DNA from: a phage
Length of the DNA: 64,000 bases
Direction: 5' to 3' (one strand)
Sequence record: PZ154895.1
Position numbers and translations under genes: made by a program. Within the stretch, counting starts at the first letter, position 1. Each line of letters begins with the position of its first letter. Below the pieces are notes generated by a model, which was not told where the DNA came from, did no database searches, and was given only the letters and a program-made list of their open reading frames with translations. Below are positions 47,417-57,556 of the stretch, in pieces.

Positions 47417-49594
47417 ATGATTATCACCACTGAAAAAGAAACAATTCTTGGTAATGGTTCTAAATCAAAAGCATTTAGCATCGCAGCAAATCCTAAAGTA
47501 TTTAAAATTCTATCATCTGATTTGTATACAAACAAGATTCGTGCAGTAGTCCGTGAATTGATTACCAACATGATTGATGCCCATGCTCTCAATGGAAATC
47601 CTGAAAAATTTATCATTCAAGTTCCAGGACGATTAGATCCGCGATTTGTTTGTCGAGATTTTGGTCCGGGTATGAGCGATTTTGATATTCAGGGTGATGA
47701 TAATTCTCCTGGGTTGTATAATTCATACTTTAGTTCATCTAAGGCTGAATCTAACGATTTCATTGGCGGATTTGGTTTAGGTTCTAAATCCCCGTTTAGT
47801 TATACTGATACATTCAGTATTACTTCATATCATAAAGGCGAAATTCGCGGTTATGTAGCTTACATGGATGGTGACGGTCCGCAAATTAAACCTACATTCG
47901 TAAAAGAAATGGGTCCAAATGATAAAACTGGTATTGAAATCGTAGTTCCAGTTGAAGAAAAAGATTTTAGAAACTTTGCTTATGAAGTTTCTTATATCAT
48001 GCGACCATTCAAAGATTTAGCTATCATTAACGGTCTTGACCGCGAAATTGATTATTTTCCGGATTTTGATGATTATTACGGCGTAAATCCAGAAAGATAC
48101 TGGCCAGATCGCGGTGGATTGTATGCTATCTATGGCGGCATTGTTTATCCTATCGAAGGTGTTATTAGAGATCGTAACTGGTTAAGCATCCGCAATGAAG
48201 TGAATTACATTAAGTTTCCAATGGGTTCACTTGATATTGCTCCATCACGCGAAGCTCTTTCATTAGATGATCGTACTCGTAAAAATATTATTGAGCGTGT
48301 TAAAGAGCTTAGTGAAAAGGCATTCAATGAAGATGTAAAACGATTTAAAGAATCTACATCTCCTCGTCATACATACCGTGAATTGATGAAGATGGGATAT
48401 TCTGCTCGAGATTATATGATTAGTAATTCAGTCAAATTTACGACTAAAAATCTGTCATATAAGAAGATGCAGAGCATGTTTGAACCTGATAGTAAACTAT
48501 GCAATGCAGGAGTTGTGTATGAAGTAAATCTTGACCCTCGACTGAAACGCATTAAGCACAGCCATGAAACTTCAGCCGTTGCATCAAGTTATCGTCTGTT
48601 TGGTATTAATACGACAAAAATTAATATTGTTATTGATAATATTAAAAATCGTGTTAATATTGTCCGTGGATTAGCACGTGCATTAGATGATAGCGAATTT
48701 AATAACACCTTAAATATTCATCACAATGAACGCCTTTTGTTTATTAATCCGGAAGTAGAATCACAGATTGATTTGCTTCCTGATATTATGGCAATGTTTG
48801 AAAGTGATGAAGTTAACATTCATTATTTGTCAGAAATTGAGGCTTTAGTTAAAAGTTATATTCCAAAGGCAGTAAAAAGTACAGCTCCTCGTCCTAAAAC
48901 TGCTACTGCATTTAAGTTTGAAATTAAAGACGGGCGTTGGGAAAAAGAGGAACTGTTTACACTTACGTCAGAAGCAGATGAAATTACTGGTTATGTAGCA
49001 TACATGCATCGTTCTGATATTTTCTCTATGGATGGTACTACATCGCTTTGTCATCCATCTACGAATATTTTGATTCGTATGGCTAATCTTATTGGCATTA
49101 ATGAATTTTATGTTATTCGTCCGCTTTTACAGAAAAAGGTAAAAGAACTTGGTCAGTGCCAATGTATTTTTGAAACTCTACGTGATTTATATGTAGATGC
49201 TTTTGACGATGTAGATTATGATAAGTATGTAGGTTATTCAAGTTCAGCTCAGCGATATATTGATAAAATTATTAAGTATCCTGAACTTGATTTTATGATG
49301 AAATATTTCAGTACAGATGAAGTTTCCGAAGAATATACTCGCCTTGGTAATATGGTTAGTTCATTGCGGGGCGTATATTTCAATGGTGGAAAAGATACCA
49401 TCGGTCATGACATCTGGACCGTAACTAATCTTTTTGATGAATTATCACGTAATGCTTCAAAAAACAGTGATAAAATGGTTGCTGAGTTTACCAAGAAATT
49501 CCGTATTGTTTCCGACTTCATCGGTTATCGCAATTCTTTAAGTGATGATGAAGTTTCCCAAATCGCTAAAACTATGAAGGCCCTTGCGGCCTAA
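47417..49594 (+). CDS. rIIA: rIIA membrane-associated protein
   Basis: 725 aa; N-terminus matches T4 rIIA; GHKL-like ATPase region. Confidence 0.93.
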   Translation: MIITTEKETILGNGSKSKAFSIAANPKVFKILSSDLYTNKIRAVVRELITNMIDAHALNGNPEKFIIQVPGRLDPRFVCRDFGPGMSDFDIQGDDNSPGLYNSYFSSSKAESNDFIGGFGLGSKSPFSYTDTFSITSYHKGEIRGYVAYMDGDGPQIKPTFVKEMGPNDKTGIEIVVPVEEKDFRNFAYEVSYIMRPFKDLAIINGLDREIDYFPDFDDYYGVNPERYWPDRGGLYAIYGGIVYPIEGVIRDRNWLSIRNEVNYIKFPMGSLDIAPSREALSLDDRTRKNIIERVKELSEKAFNEDVKRFKESTSPRHTYRELMKMGYSARDYMISNSVKFTTKNLSYKKMQSMFEPDSKLCNAGVVYEVNLDPRLKRIKHSHETSAVASSYRLFGINTTKINIVIDNIKNRVNIVRGLARALDDSEFNNTLNIHHNERLLFINPEVESQIDLLPDIMAMFESDEVNIHYLSEIEALVKSYIPKAVKSTAPRPKTATAFKFEIKDGRWEKEELFTLTSEADEITGYVAYMHRSDIFSMDGTTSLCHPSTNILIRMANLIGINEFYVIRPLLQKKVKELGQCQCIFETLRDLYVDAFDDVDYDKYVGYSSSAQRYIDKIIKYPELDFMMKYFSTDEVSEEYTRLGNMVSSLRGVYFNGGKDTIGHDIWTVTNLFDELSRNASKNSDKMVAEFTKKFRIVSDFIGYRNSLSDDEVSQIAKTMKALAA

Positions 49595-49605
49595 TAAGGA
49601 AAATT

Positions 49606-50544
49606 ATGTACAATATTAAATGCCTGACCAAAAACGAACAAGCTGAAATTGTCAAACTGTATTCAAGTGGTAATTACACCCAACAGGAATTGGCTGATTG
49701 GCAAGGTGTATCGGTTGATACAATCCGTCGTGTTTTGAAAAATGCTGAAGAAGCTGAGCGCTCCAAAGTTACCATTAACGGTGACATTACAGTTGAAGTT
49801 AAGAGCGATGTAGCTATTGCTCCAGTTGCTAAATCTGACATTATTTGGAATGCATCTAAAAAATTCATTTCAATTACTGTTGACGGTGTAACTTATAACG
49901 CAACTCCTAATACTCATTCAAACTTCCAAGAAATTCTTAATCTGCTTGTTGCAGATAAATTGGAAGAAGCAGCGCAAAAAATTAACGTTCGTCGCGCTGT
50001 TGAAAAATATATTTCCGGCGATGTTCGAATTGAAGGTGGAAGCTTGTTCTATCAAAACATTGAATTGCGGTCTGGTTTAGTTGATCGTATTCTCGATTCG
50101 ATGGAAAAAGGCGAAAACTTTGAATTTTATTTTCCGTTCTTGGAAAATCTGCTGGAAAACCCAAGCCAAAAAGCGGTATCTCGACTCTTTGATTTCTTGG
50201 TAGCAAACGATATTGAAATTACAGAAGACGGCTACTTCTATGCTTGGAAAGTAGTTCGCAGCAATTACTTTGACTGTCACTCAAATACCTTTGATAACAG
50301 TCCTGGTAAAGTAGTTAAAATGCCACGTACTCGTGTAAATGACGATGATACACAAACTTGTTCTCGTGGTCTGCATGTGTGTTCTAAATCTTATATTCGT
50401 CACTTTGGCAGTTCAACCAGCCGAGTTGTAAAAGTTAAAGTACATCCTCGCGATGTAGTATCAATTCCGATTGATTACAACGATGCTAAAATGCGTACCT
50501 GCCAATATGAAGTAGTCGAAGACGTTACTGAACAATTTAAATAA
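49606..50544 (+). CDS. rIIB: rIIB protein
   Basis: 312 aa; matches T4 rIIB; terminator downstream. Confidence 0.93.
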   Translation: MYNIKCLTKNEQAEIVKLYSSGNYTQQELADWQGVSVDTIRRVLKNAEEAERSKVTINGDITVEVKSDVAIAPVAKSDIIWNASKKFISITVDGVTYNATPNTHSNFQEILNLLVADKLEEAAQKINVRRAVEKYISGDVRIEGGSLFYQNIELRSGLVDRILDSMEKGENFEFYFPFLENLLENPSQKAVSRLFDFLVANDIEITEDGYFYAWKVVRSNYFDCHSNTFDNSPGKVVKMPRTRVNDDDTQTCSRGLHVCSKSYIRHFGSSTSRVVKVKVHPRDVVSIPIDYNDAKMRTCQYEVVEDVTEQFK

Positions 50545-50562
50545 GGGCTTCGGCCCTTATCA
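50545..50562 (+). terminator. rho-independent terminator after rIIB
   Basis: GGGCTTCGGCCC + TTAT. Confidence 0.55.
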
Positions 50563-50576
50563 CATTAAGGAAAATT

Positions 50577-50771
50577 ATGTTAGGTTATCAAGCACGAGTA
50601 AAAGAAGAATACGATCAATTAATGCTCAAAATTAATGCACTGAGCAAATTTTTAGAAAGCGCAAAGTTTCTAACAGTTAGCGCAGTTGAGCAAGAACTGC
50701 TACTTTCGCAGTTTATCTCAATGAAATCTTATGCTGAATGTCTAGAGAAAAGAATTGCACAATTCAAGTAA
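50577..50771 (+). CDS. hypothetical protein (64 aa)
   Basis: ORF track; flanked by terminators. Confidence 0.45.
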   Translation: MLGYQARVKEEYDQLMLKINALSKFLESAKFLTVSAVEQELLLSQFISMKSYAECLEKRIAQFK

Positions 50772-50775
50772 AATA

Positions 50776-50798
50776 AAGGGCTTCGGCCCTTTTGTTTT
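50776..50798 (+). terminator. rho-independent terminator
   Basis: GGGCTTCGGCCC + TTTTGTTTT. Confidence 0.7.
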
Positions 50799-50857
50799 AA
50801 GGGAAGTTATGATTTATTATATGAATATCAGTAATTCCGACGTGAAAGGAAAGTTTA

Positions 50858-51415
50858 ATGCAGAAAACAAATCCGGGTTTACAGAGACTATTTCAGATTC
50901 CGACATTTATCCTATCGAACGGTGACTTGACTAGTGAAATGAAGGTCAAAATTGCTGATACAGCAAGATACTCTTTAAAACAAAATCCTAATCAGGATAA
51001 AGCAGAAGTCATCGAAAGATGCCGTATCGCTGTGTATGCAGAGTTTTTTGTAGCAGATTGGCTGAGCGGGTATGTTAACAAAGGCCAAGAGGATGTTAAT
51101 GACCCGTATACATACGCATGGGATGTATTGGCGCATCCAAGATATTGCGGGCTTCGTGTAGAAGTTAAGACACACCAAACTGACTCACGTTGGATTTCTG
51201 TAACAACCGGATGCAGCGGAGAGTATCCATATGGTTCTGGAATAAATCTAGGGCCCATTCTAAATCATCAAGTCGCTGACTGTATAATTATATTCAACAC
51301 TAAAGAAATTCATCCAGGTGTCATCCAGTACACTCCGAAGTTCATCGGTGACAGAGAAGACCTTCGTAAGGTTGTAAGAAAAAGCAACTACAACGGATGG
51401 TATCTTTCCATTTAA
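50858..51415 (+). CDS. denB: DenB-like endonuclease (endonuclease IV)
   Basis: 185 aa as T4 DenB; position downstream of rIIB; identity from size and synteny only. Confidence 0.65.
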   Translation: MQKTNPGLQRLFQIPTFILSNGDLTSEMKVKIADTARYSLKQNPNQDKAEVIERCRIAVYAEFFVADWLSGYVNKGQEDVNDPYTYAWDVLAHPRYCGLRVEVKTHQTDSRWISVTTGCSGEYPYGSGINLGPILNHQVADCIIIFNTKEIHPGVIQYTPKFIGDREDLRKVVRKSNYNGWYLSI

Positions 51416-51433
51416 AAAAAATTTCACAAAACA

Positions 51434-51463
51434 GTTTACATACCACAAGGACTGTGGTACTAT
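51434..51463 (+). promoter_or_regulatory. early promoter
   Basis: GTTTAC, 18-nt spacer, TGgTACTAT. Confidence 0.5.
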
Positions 51464-51490
51464 ACAACTATCAGCTACGGAGGAGTAAAA

Positions 51491-51754
51491 ATGAAATTTA
51501 AATTTTATTACGCTAAACATAAAATTACCGGTGAATTTATTGCATTTACGACTTCAACTACAGGTGAAGGAGATATTTTTACTGCAGTATTTTTATCAAA
51601 ATGGGAATCAGATCAACCTTACTTATCATCACGTGAAGATCTCCAACGATTAGTTAATGGAGAATATAATGATTCATGGTCATATTTAGTCCATGATTGT
51701 GTTAAAAAGGCAATAAAACAAAAACACCTGGAAATCGTTGAGATTGAACTATGA
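51491..51754 (+). CDS. hypothetical protein (87 aa)
   Basis: ORF track; early promoter upstream. Confidence 0.45.
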   Translation: MKFKFYYAKHKITGEFIAFTTSTTGEGDIFTAVFLSKWESDQPYLSSREDLQRLVNGEYNDSWSYLVHDCVKKAIKQKHLEIVEIEL

Positions 51755-51939
51755 GTTCACTGTGGTGGTGTTTTGTTTGGTTAATTAGTATTCCAGTAAT
51801 TTGTTTAACATTTACTTTTGTGATGAGGTTATTATGAAAATTTTGAATTCTGTACTTATTGCTTGTGCGTGGTGGGTTGTGCAAGTTTCAGCGGTAGTAG
51901 TTGGTATTCACATTTATTACGAATATTTTTAAAAAAGTT

Positions 51940-51969
51940 GTTTACAAGACTGTTCTTCCGTGGTACTAT
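51940..51969 (+). promoter_or_regulatory. early promoter
   Basis: GTTTAC, 18-nt spacer, TGgTACTAT. Confidence 0.5.
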
Positions 51970-51997
51970 TACCCTATCAACTACGGAGGAACAGAAA

Positions 51998-52111
51998 ATG
52001 AAAAAGATTGTTAAAGCTATATGGAATGTAGTTATAATACTAATAGTTTTGAGTATATTCCCAATCGTTTTAATGATTGATGTATTAAACGTTTACTTTG
52101 GATTTATGTGA
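51998..52111 (+). CDS. hydrophobic micro-protein (37 aa)
   Basis: In-frame ATG within ORF 51863..52111, preceded by early promoter and GGAGG. Confidence 0.3.
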   Translation: MKKIVKAIWNVVIILIVLSIFPIVLMIDVLNVYFGFM

Positions 52112-52118
52112 GGAAAAT

Positions 52119-52316
52119 ATGAAGCGTAAACGCAGTGCTTTTACATTTATTGAATGGTTTTTCGATAATATTTTTCCGGCTTTATTCATTTTCATGCTGA
52201 TTTTTGCCTTAGGTTCAGTTGTAGTTGGAATCTATTTGATGACAGTAGTCGGAATTGATATTCGTCAAAATGGTTTAAAATCTGTGGTTGAAACAATTTG
52301 GAATGGTGTAAAATAA
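52119..52316 (+). CDS. small membrane protein (65 aa)
   Basis: ORF track 52098..52316 (TTG); ATG at 52119 after GAGGA. Confidence 0.4.
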   Translation: MKRKRSAFTFIEWFFDNIFPALFIFMLIFALGSVVVGIYLMTVVGIDIRQNGLKSVVETIWNGVK

Positions 52317-52419
52317 GCATTTGGTTTTATATTCTTATGTTTTACATTGGTGCAAATTTTCCATATTGGATGGGATGGTCAACAACTGCATTTGGATTTT
52401 ATACTCCTTGAGGTGAATT

Positions 52420-52635
52420 ATGAAAAGTTTTAAAGATGTAAAAGTTGGTGAAATTTTTTGTTTAGATAACGGTGATCAGTTAATTCGTATTTCACCTCTT
52501 AAGAGCACTAGCGAGAAACCGACAGTTAACGCTACTTTAGCAAATAACAGTAATGAACGTTTCTGTATTGAAAATGATACTGAAACTTATACCGTAGAAG
52601 AGTTCTGGGAATTGAGCGTCGACTGCGACGATTAA
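52420..52635 (+). CDS. hypothetical protein (71 aa)
   Basis: ORF track. Confidence 0.45.
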   Translation: MKSFKDVKVGEIFCLDNGDQLIRISPLKSTSEKPTVNATLANNSNERFCIENDTETYTVEEFWELSVDCDD

Positions 52636-52639
52636 TTTA

Positions 52640-52668
52640 TCGGCCGTATGTATTCATGCGGCCTTGGA
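52640..52668 (+). terminator. hairpin, possible terminator or processing site
   Basis: GGCCGTATG...CATGCGGCC imperfect hairpin, no clear U-tract. Confidence 0.3.
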
Positions 52669-52694
52669 GTAGAAAATAATTAGAGGAAATTAAT

Positions 52695-53153
52695 ATGAAA
52701 TATATGACTGTTACTGATCTGAACAATGCAGGCGCTACTGTTATTGGTACAATCAAGGGTGGTGAATGGTTTTTAGGAACTCCGCATAAAGATATTTTAT
52801 CTAAACCTGGATTTTACTTTTTAGTAAGTAAATTAGATGGTCGTCCATTTAGTAATCCATGTGTGTCTGCACGATTTTATGTAGGTAATCAGCGTTCTAA
52901 GCAAGGATTCAGTGCAGTTCTAAGTCATATTCGTCAACGTCGGTCTCAGCTTGCACGTACTATTGCAAATAACAATGTTCCATACACAGTATTTTATCTG
53001 CCTGCTTCTAAGATGAAACCTCTGACGACGGGATTTGGTAAAGGTCAGTTAGCTTTGGCGTTTACTCGTAATCATCATTCTGAGTATCAAACACTTGAAG
53101 AAATGAATCGTATGTTGGCTGATAACTTTAAATTCGTTTTGCAGGCATATTAA
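52695..53153 (+). CDS. ndd: nucleoid disruption protein Ndd
   Basis: 152 aa; N-terminus matches T4 Ndd as recalled. Confidence 0.8.
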
Positions 53154-53240
53154 TGAGTAATTTCCACAACGAACACGTGATGCAGTTCTATCGTAACAAT
53201 CTTAAAACCAAAGGCGTCTTCGGACGCCAGTGAGGAAAAT

Positions 53241-53399
53241 ATGAATATCGCAAAATTATTAGGAGTTATTTCATTTATTTGTTGGATAGTAGCATGTGTT
53301 TTAACTATCTGTATTGATGCCAGCAGTGTGTTTTCGCAAGCTTTAGCTCAGGGTATGTGTGCATATTTAACATTTGTGTTGTTATCTACTAATGATTAA
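53241..53399 (+). CDS. ac: small membrane protein (52 aa), Ac-like by size and position
   Basis: GAGGA SD; single hydrophobic helix; T4 ac is a 51-aa membrane protein near gene 52. Confidence 0.45.
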   Translation: MNIAKLLGVISFICWIVACVLTICIDASSVFSQALAQGMCAYLTFVLLSTND

Positions 53400-53532
53400 G
53401 AAAATCTTGGGCTATTCATTAGCCCTTGCTATTTTATTGATAGCATTATATTACGGAATAATGTTCGGATTAATTCAAGTCGTGCTTTTCATTTCCGATG
53501 TTATTATGGCACTACATTCACTAGTATGGTAA
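53392..53532 (+). CDS. small membrane protein (46 aa)
   Basis: Start overlaps upstream stop; hydrophobic; stop 4 nt before gene 52 ATG. Confidence 0.3.
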   Translation: MIKKILGYSLALAILLIALYYGIMFGLIQVVLFISDVIMALHSLVW

Positions 53533-53536
53533 ATTT

Positions 53537-54865
53537 ATGCAACTGAATAATCGCGATTTAAAAAGTATCATTGATAATGAAGCATTGGCTTATGCTATGT
53601 ACACGGTTGAAAATCGTGCTATTCCAAATATGATTGATGGATTTAAGCCAGTCCAACGATTTGTTATTGCTCGAGCTCTTGATTTGGCGCGAGGAAATAA
53701 AGATAAGTTTCACAAACTTGCTTCTATTGCAGGTGGTGTAGCGGACCTTGGATATCATCATGGTGAAAACTCTGCGCAAGACGCGGGGGCTTTGATGGCT
53801 AATACTTGGAATAATAACTTTCCTTTGTTAGATGGTCAAGGAAACTTTGGTTCTCGTACCGTTCAAAAAGCAGCGGCAAGTCGTTATATTTTTGCTCGTG
53901 TAAGTAAAAATTTCTATAGCGTATATAAAGATACTGAATATGCTCCGGTACATCAAGATAAAGAACACATTCCTCCTGCTTTCTATTTGCCTATTATTCC
54001 TACTGTTCTTCTTAATGGTGTTTCCGGTATTGCAACTGGTTATGCAACTTACATTCTTCCTCATAGTGTTTCTTCTGTCAAGAAAGCTGTATTGCAAGCT
54101 CTTCAAGGAAAGAAAGTAACTAAACCGAAGGTAGAATTCCCAGAATTTCGCGGTGAAGTCGTTGAAATTGACGGTCAATATGAAATTCGTGGAACGTACA
54201 AGTTTACTTCACGAACTCAAATGCATATCACTGAGATTCCGTATAAGTATGATCGTGAAACTTATGTGAGTAAAATCTTAGACCCGCTTGAAGATAAAGG
54301 CTTCATTACGTGGGATGATGCTTGCGGTGAGCATGGTTTTGGCTTTAAAGTTAAATTCCGCAAAGAATATTCTTTGAGCGATAACGAAGAAGAACGCCAT
54401 GCAAAAATCATGAAAGACTTCGGGTTGATTGAGCGTCGTTCCCAAAATATTACAGTCATCAACGAGAAAGGAAAGTTACAAGTTTACGATAACGTAGTTG
54501 ATTTAATTAAAGACTTCGTTGAAGTTCGTAAAACTTATGTCCAAAAACGAATTGATAACAAAATCAAAGAAACTGAATCAGCATTTCGTTTAGCCTTTGC
54601 CAAGGCGCATTTCATTAAGAAAGTAATTTCAGGTGAAATTGTTGTGCAGGGTAAAACTCGTAAAGAACTGACCGAAGAACTTTCTAAAATTGAGATGTAT
54701 TCTTCTTATGTTGATAAACTAGTCGGAATGAATATTTTTCATATGACTTCCGACGAAGCAAAGAAACTTGCTGAAGAAGCTAAAGCTAAGAAAGAAGAAA
54801 ACGAATATTGGAAAACTACTGATGTAGTTACAGAATACACCAAAGATTTAGAGGAAATCAAATGA
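53537..54865 (+). CDS. 52: DNA topoisomerase II medium (GyrA-like) subunit gp52
   Basis: 442 aa; near-identical to T4 gp52. Confidence 0.95.
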   Translation: MQLNNRDLKSIIDNEALAYAMYTVENRAIPNMIDGFKPVQRFVIARALDLARGNKDKFHKLASIAGGVADLGYHHGENSAQDAGALMANTWNNNFPLLDGQGNFGSRTVQKAAASRYIFARVSKNFYSVYKDTEYAPVHQDKEHIPPAFYLPIIPTVLLNGVSGIATGYATYILPHSVSSVKKAVLQALQGKKVTKPKVEFPEFRGEVVEIDGQYEIRGTYKFTSRTQMHITEIPYKYDRETYVSKILDPLEDKGFITWDDACGEHGFGFKVKFRKEYSLSDNEEERHAKIMKDFGLIERRSQNITVINEKGKLQVYDNVVDLIKDFVEVRKTYVQKRIDNKIKETESAFRLAFAKAHFIKKVISGEIVVQGKTRKELTEELSKIEMYSSYVDKLVGMNIFHMTSDEAKKLAEEAKAKKEENEYWKTTDVVTEYTKDLEEIK

Positions 54866-55011
54866 GTCCATTTATAGGTATTACAAGCGCTGCATTAGTA
54901 TCCGGTGGCATTTTACTGGCGGGTTTAGGTGTTGTTCCAGCTGTAGCAGGAGGTCTTCTTGCGTTCGGCATTCAACGTGTTATCATGACAGTTATCACAG
55001 TCATGCAGTAA
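54862..55011 (+). CDS. small membrane protein (49 aa)
   Basis: ATGA overlap with gene 52 stop; Gly/Ala-rich hydrophobic helix; hairpin downstream. Confidence 0.35.
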   Translation: MSPFIGITSAALVSGGILLAGLGVVPAVAGGLLAFGIQRVIMTVITVMQ

Positions 55012-55016
55012 TTTTA

Positions 55017-55040
55017 GGGAGAGCCGAGGCTCTCCCTTCC
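55017..55040 (+). terminator. hairpin upstream of motA promoter
   Basis: GGGAGAGC-CGAG-GCTCTCCC; weak U-tract. Confidence 0.4.
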
Positions 55041-55054
55041 AAAGCATACTGTGG

Positions 55055-55060
55055 TACTAT
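55055..55060 (+). promoter_or_regulatory. early promoter -10 (TGgTACTAT) upstream of motA
   Basis: CTGTGGTACTAT plus conserved leader box; -35 weak. Confidence 0.4.
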
Positions 55061-55101
55061 ACAACTATCAACTACTGATACAGAATTACGGAGATTAGAA
55101 A

Positions 55102-55737
55102 ATGTCTAAAGTAACTTACATCATCAAAGCTTCTAACGATGTTCTGAATGAAAAAACTGCTGCGATTTTAATTACCATTGCTAAGAAAGATTTCATTACA
55201 GCTGCAGAAGTTCGTGAGGTGCATCCAGATTTAGGTAACGCAGTAGTTAATAGTAATATTGGGGTATTGATTAAAAAAGGCCTGGTGGAGAAATCTGGTG
55301 ATGGATTAATCATTACAGGTGAAGCTCAGGATATTATTTCAAATGCAGCAACTTTATACGCACAGGAAAACGCTCCTGAACTGCTGAAAAAACGAGCAAC
55401 TCGTAAAGCTCGTGAGATTACTTCTGATATGGAAGAAGATAAAGACTTCATGTTAAAACTTTTAGATGAAAATGGATTTGTTCTTAAAAAGGTTGAAACT
55501 TATCGTAGTAACTATCTCGCTATTTTAGAAAAACGCACTCACGGAATTCGCAATTTTGAAATTAACAACAATGGAAATATGCGAATTTTTGGATACAAAA
55601 TGATGGAACATCATATTCAGAAATTTACTGATATCGGAATGTCATGTAAAATCGCTAAAAACGGTAATGTGTATCTTGACATTAAACGCTCAGCAGAAAA
55701 CATTGAAGCTGTAATCACCGTGGCATCTGAACTGTGA
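55102..55737 (+). CDS. motA: middle-transcription activator MotA
   Basis: 211 aa; near-identical to T4 MotA. Confidence 0.93.
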   Translation: MSKVTYIIKASNDVLNEKTAAILITIAKKDFITAAEVREVHPDLGNAVVNSNIGVLIKKGLVEKSGDGLIITGEAQDIISNAATLYAQENAPELLKKRATRKAREITSDMEEDKDFMLKLLDENGFVLKKVETYRSNYLAILEKRTHGIRNFEINNNGNMRIFGYKMMEHHIQKFTDIGMSCKIAKNGNVYLDIKRSAENIEAVITVASEL

Positions 55738-55747
55738 GGAATAAATA

Positions 55748-56077
55748 ATGAACAAGTTAGAAATTATTAATGAACTTCGTCGCTGTGCAGAACCCACTCA
55801 AGAGGGGTGGGACATCTGGTACCACGGGGCTTATCTTGGAACCATCGTAAAGATTAAGACCGGTAAATACATGATTATTCGTGAAAGTAAAGATGCTCCA
55901 GTAGGTATTCGCAATAATTTCATGGCAGCGATAAGTTCCTTTACGGATTCAGCTTACGAAATTTACCTTGCTGATTATAAAGAATTCCAGGAATCTCAAC
56001 CGGTTATTCGTTCAATTGGTGTTAACAAAGCTCAACAGAAAACTTTGTGGCAGCGTATTAAAGGATGGTTTAAATGA
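55748..56077 (+). CDS. hypothetical protein (109 aa)
   Basis: ORF track. Confidence 0.5.
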   Translation: MNKLEIINELRRCAEPTQEGWDIWYHGAYLGTIVKIKTGKYMIIRESKDAPVGIRNNFMAAISSFTDSAYEIYLADYKEFQESQPVIRSIGVNKAQQKTLWQRIKGWFK

Positions 56078-56535
56078 ACCCATTTATCAATCGTTTAAAA
56101 ATGCTGAATGTTCCTTTATCTCGTGAAACTCCAGAAAGTCTTGTTGAAAAATTTAAAGCGCATGGTTATAAATGCACAGAAGAAGATATTCTGAAAGAAG
56201 TTCCTGAAATTTGTTGGCAGACTGCATATTGGGATGAAAACCAAAAGTATCAACGACGAATTGTCTGTGCAGCCAACCGTTTTAAATTAAAAGATGGACG
56301 AACTCTTGTTATTCCAGGTGCTCGTCATTATTCTAAAGATATGGCAGAAGTTTTAGATGTAGTTAAACCTCAATTAGTTACTCAACAAGTTTGTGATGAT
56401 GACCAAGGGTTTATTGACCAATATAGTAATTATTGGACACGTGAAGAAGCAATGATTATTGCAACTTACGCTGGACAAGTACGTATTGAACGTGGTGGTA
56501 GTGAAAAAGAACTTTACTCCGAGGACCTTTACTAA
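56074..56535 (+). CDS. hypothetical protein (153 aa)
   Basis: ORF track; ATGA overlap. Confidence 0.5.
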   Translation: MNPFINRLKMLNVPLSRETPESLVEKFKAHGYKCTEEDILKEVPEICWQTAYWDENQKYQRRIVCAANRFKLKDGRTLVIPGARHYSKDMAEVLDVVKPQLVTQQVCDDDQGFIDQYSNYWTREEAMIIATYAGQVRIERGGSEKELYSEDLY

Positions 56536-56831
56536 TGAATATTAAAAAGTTTCAAATTGATGGAATTATGAATCAAATCCAGGCATTGGAATATGCCAAT
56601 AAAATGATGTCAACCAAATGGGGAATTTATGCCAATGAACCGGCATTTCAGTTCTGTAATATGGAATTCACTAAAAAGCTCGTAGGAAAAGATTATGTAT
56701 GTCCATTTAGTTCCCCAATAAATGGAATGCTAAAACCTGCTTTACGCGATCTTTATATTGCGATGAACGAAGAGATGATAAAAGAGCTAAAACGTCAACT
56801 GAAGGTGATTCAATTTGGCCAGGGAAATTAA
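56535..56831 (+). CDS. hypothetical protein (98 aa)
   Basis: ORF track. Confidence 0.5.
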   Translation: MNIKKFQIDGIMNQIQALEYANKMMSTKWGIYANEPAFQFCNMEFTKKLVGKDYVCPFSSPINGMLKPALRDLYIAMNEEMIKELKRQLKVIQFGQGN

Positions 56832-57033
56832 TTCAAAATCCGATTATTTTAATTCTCTCAATGATAAAGATAAAAATCTAATACGACATTTTATCGTTGA
56901 GATGGGATATACTGACACGCGTGATTTAAGAGAACATATATTTGAATGTGGTGTAGCTAAAAAGTTTTCATTCACATGCAAATGTTTAAGAGAGGTAATT
57001 CAACATTATGAACAATTTAGTCGCAAAACATAA
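56815..57033 (+). CDS. hypothetical protein (72 aa); TTG start only
   Basis: ORF track; no in-frame ATG near 5' end. Confidence 0.3.
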   Translation: MAREINSKSDYFNSLNDKDKNLIRHFIVEMGYTDTRDLREHIFECGVAKKFSFTCKCLREVIQHYEQFSRKT

Positions 57034-57116
57034 TTTTAATAAAGCTTCTGTTCATAAAGATAAGAAGAAAGCGTTTAAAGAATCTAATCGCAAACAGAAA
57101 CATAAGGGGAAGGTCT

Positions 57117-57395
57117 ATGATTATTGATTCTCAATCTGTGGTTCAATACACAATCAAAATTGATATTCTAGAAAAGCTATATAAGTTTCTACCAAATTTA
57201 TACCACTCAATTGTTAATGAATTAGTTGAAGAACTACATCTTGAGAATAATGATTTCTTGGTTGGAACTTATAAAGACCTCTCAAAAGCAGGGTATTTTT
57301 ACGTAATTCCAGCTCCAGGAAAAAGTATTGATGATGTATTAAAAACTATAATGATTTACGTCCATGATTACGAAATTGAAGACTATTTCGAATGA
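57117..57395 (+). CDS. arn: anti-restriction nuclease Arn-like
   Basis: 92 aa, acidic; position between motA and asiA as in T4. Confidence 0.7.
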   Translation: MIIDSQSVVQYTIKIDILEKLYKFLPNLYHSIVNELVEELHLENNDFLVGTYKDLSKAGYFYVIPAPGKSIDDVLKTIMIYVHDYEIEDYFE

Positions 57396-57556
57396 GTCAT
57401 AATCTTGAAAAGGTAATCGAGCATAATGTAGCTCAGGAACGCGAGTCGTTCAAGGAATTCGTAGAAAAAATTTTTGAAGAAAATAACACAGACCAGTTTA
57501 CAAATCAAGCGTCTGATGATATTATAATAAAGTCAACTAATTGAGTGGTATAGTTA

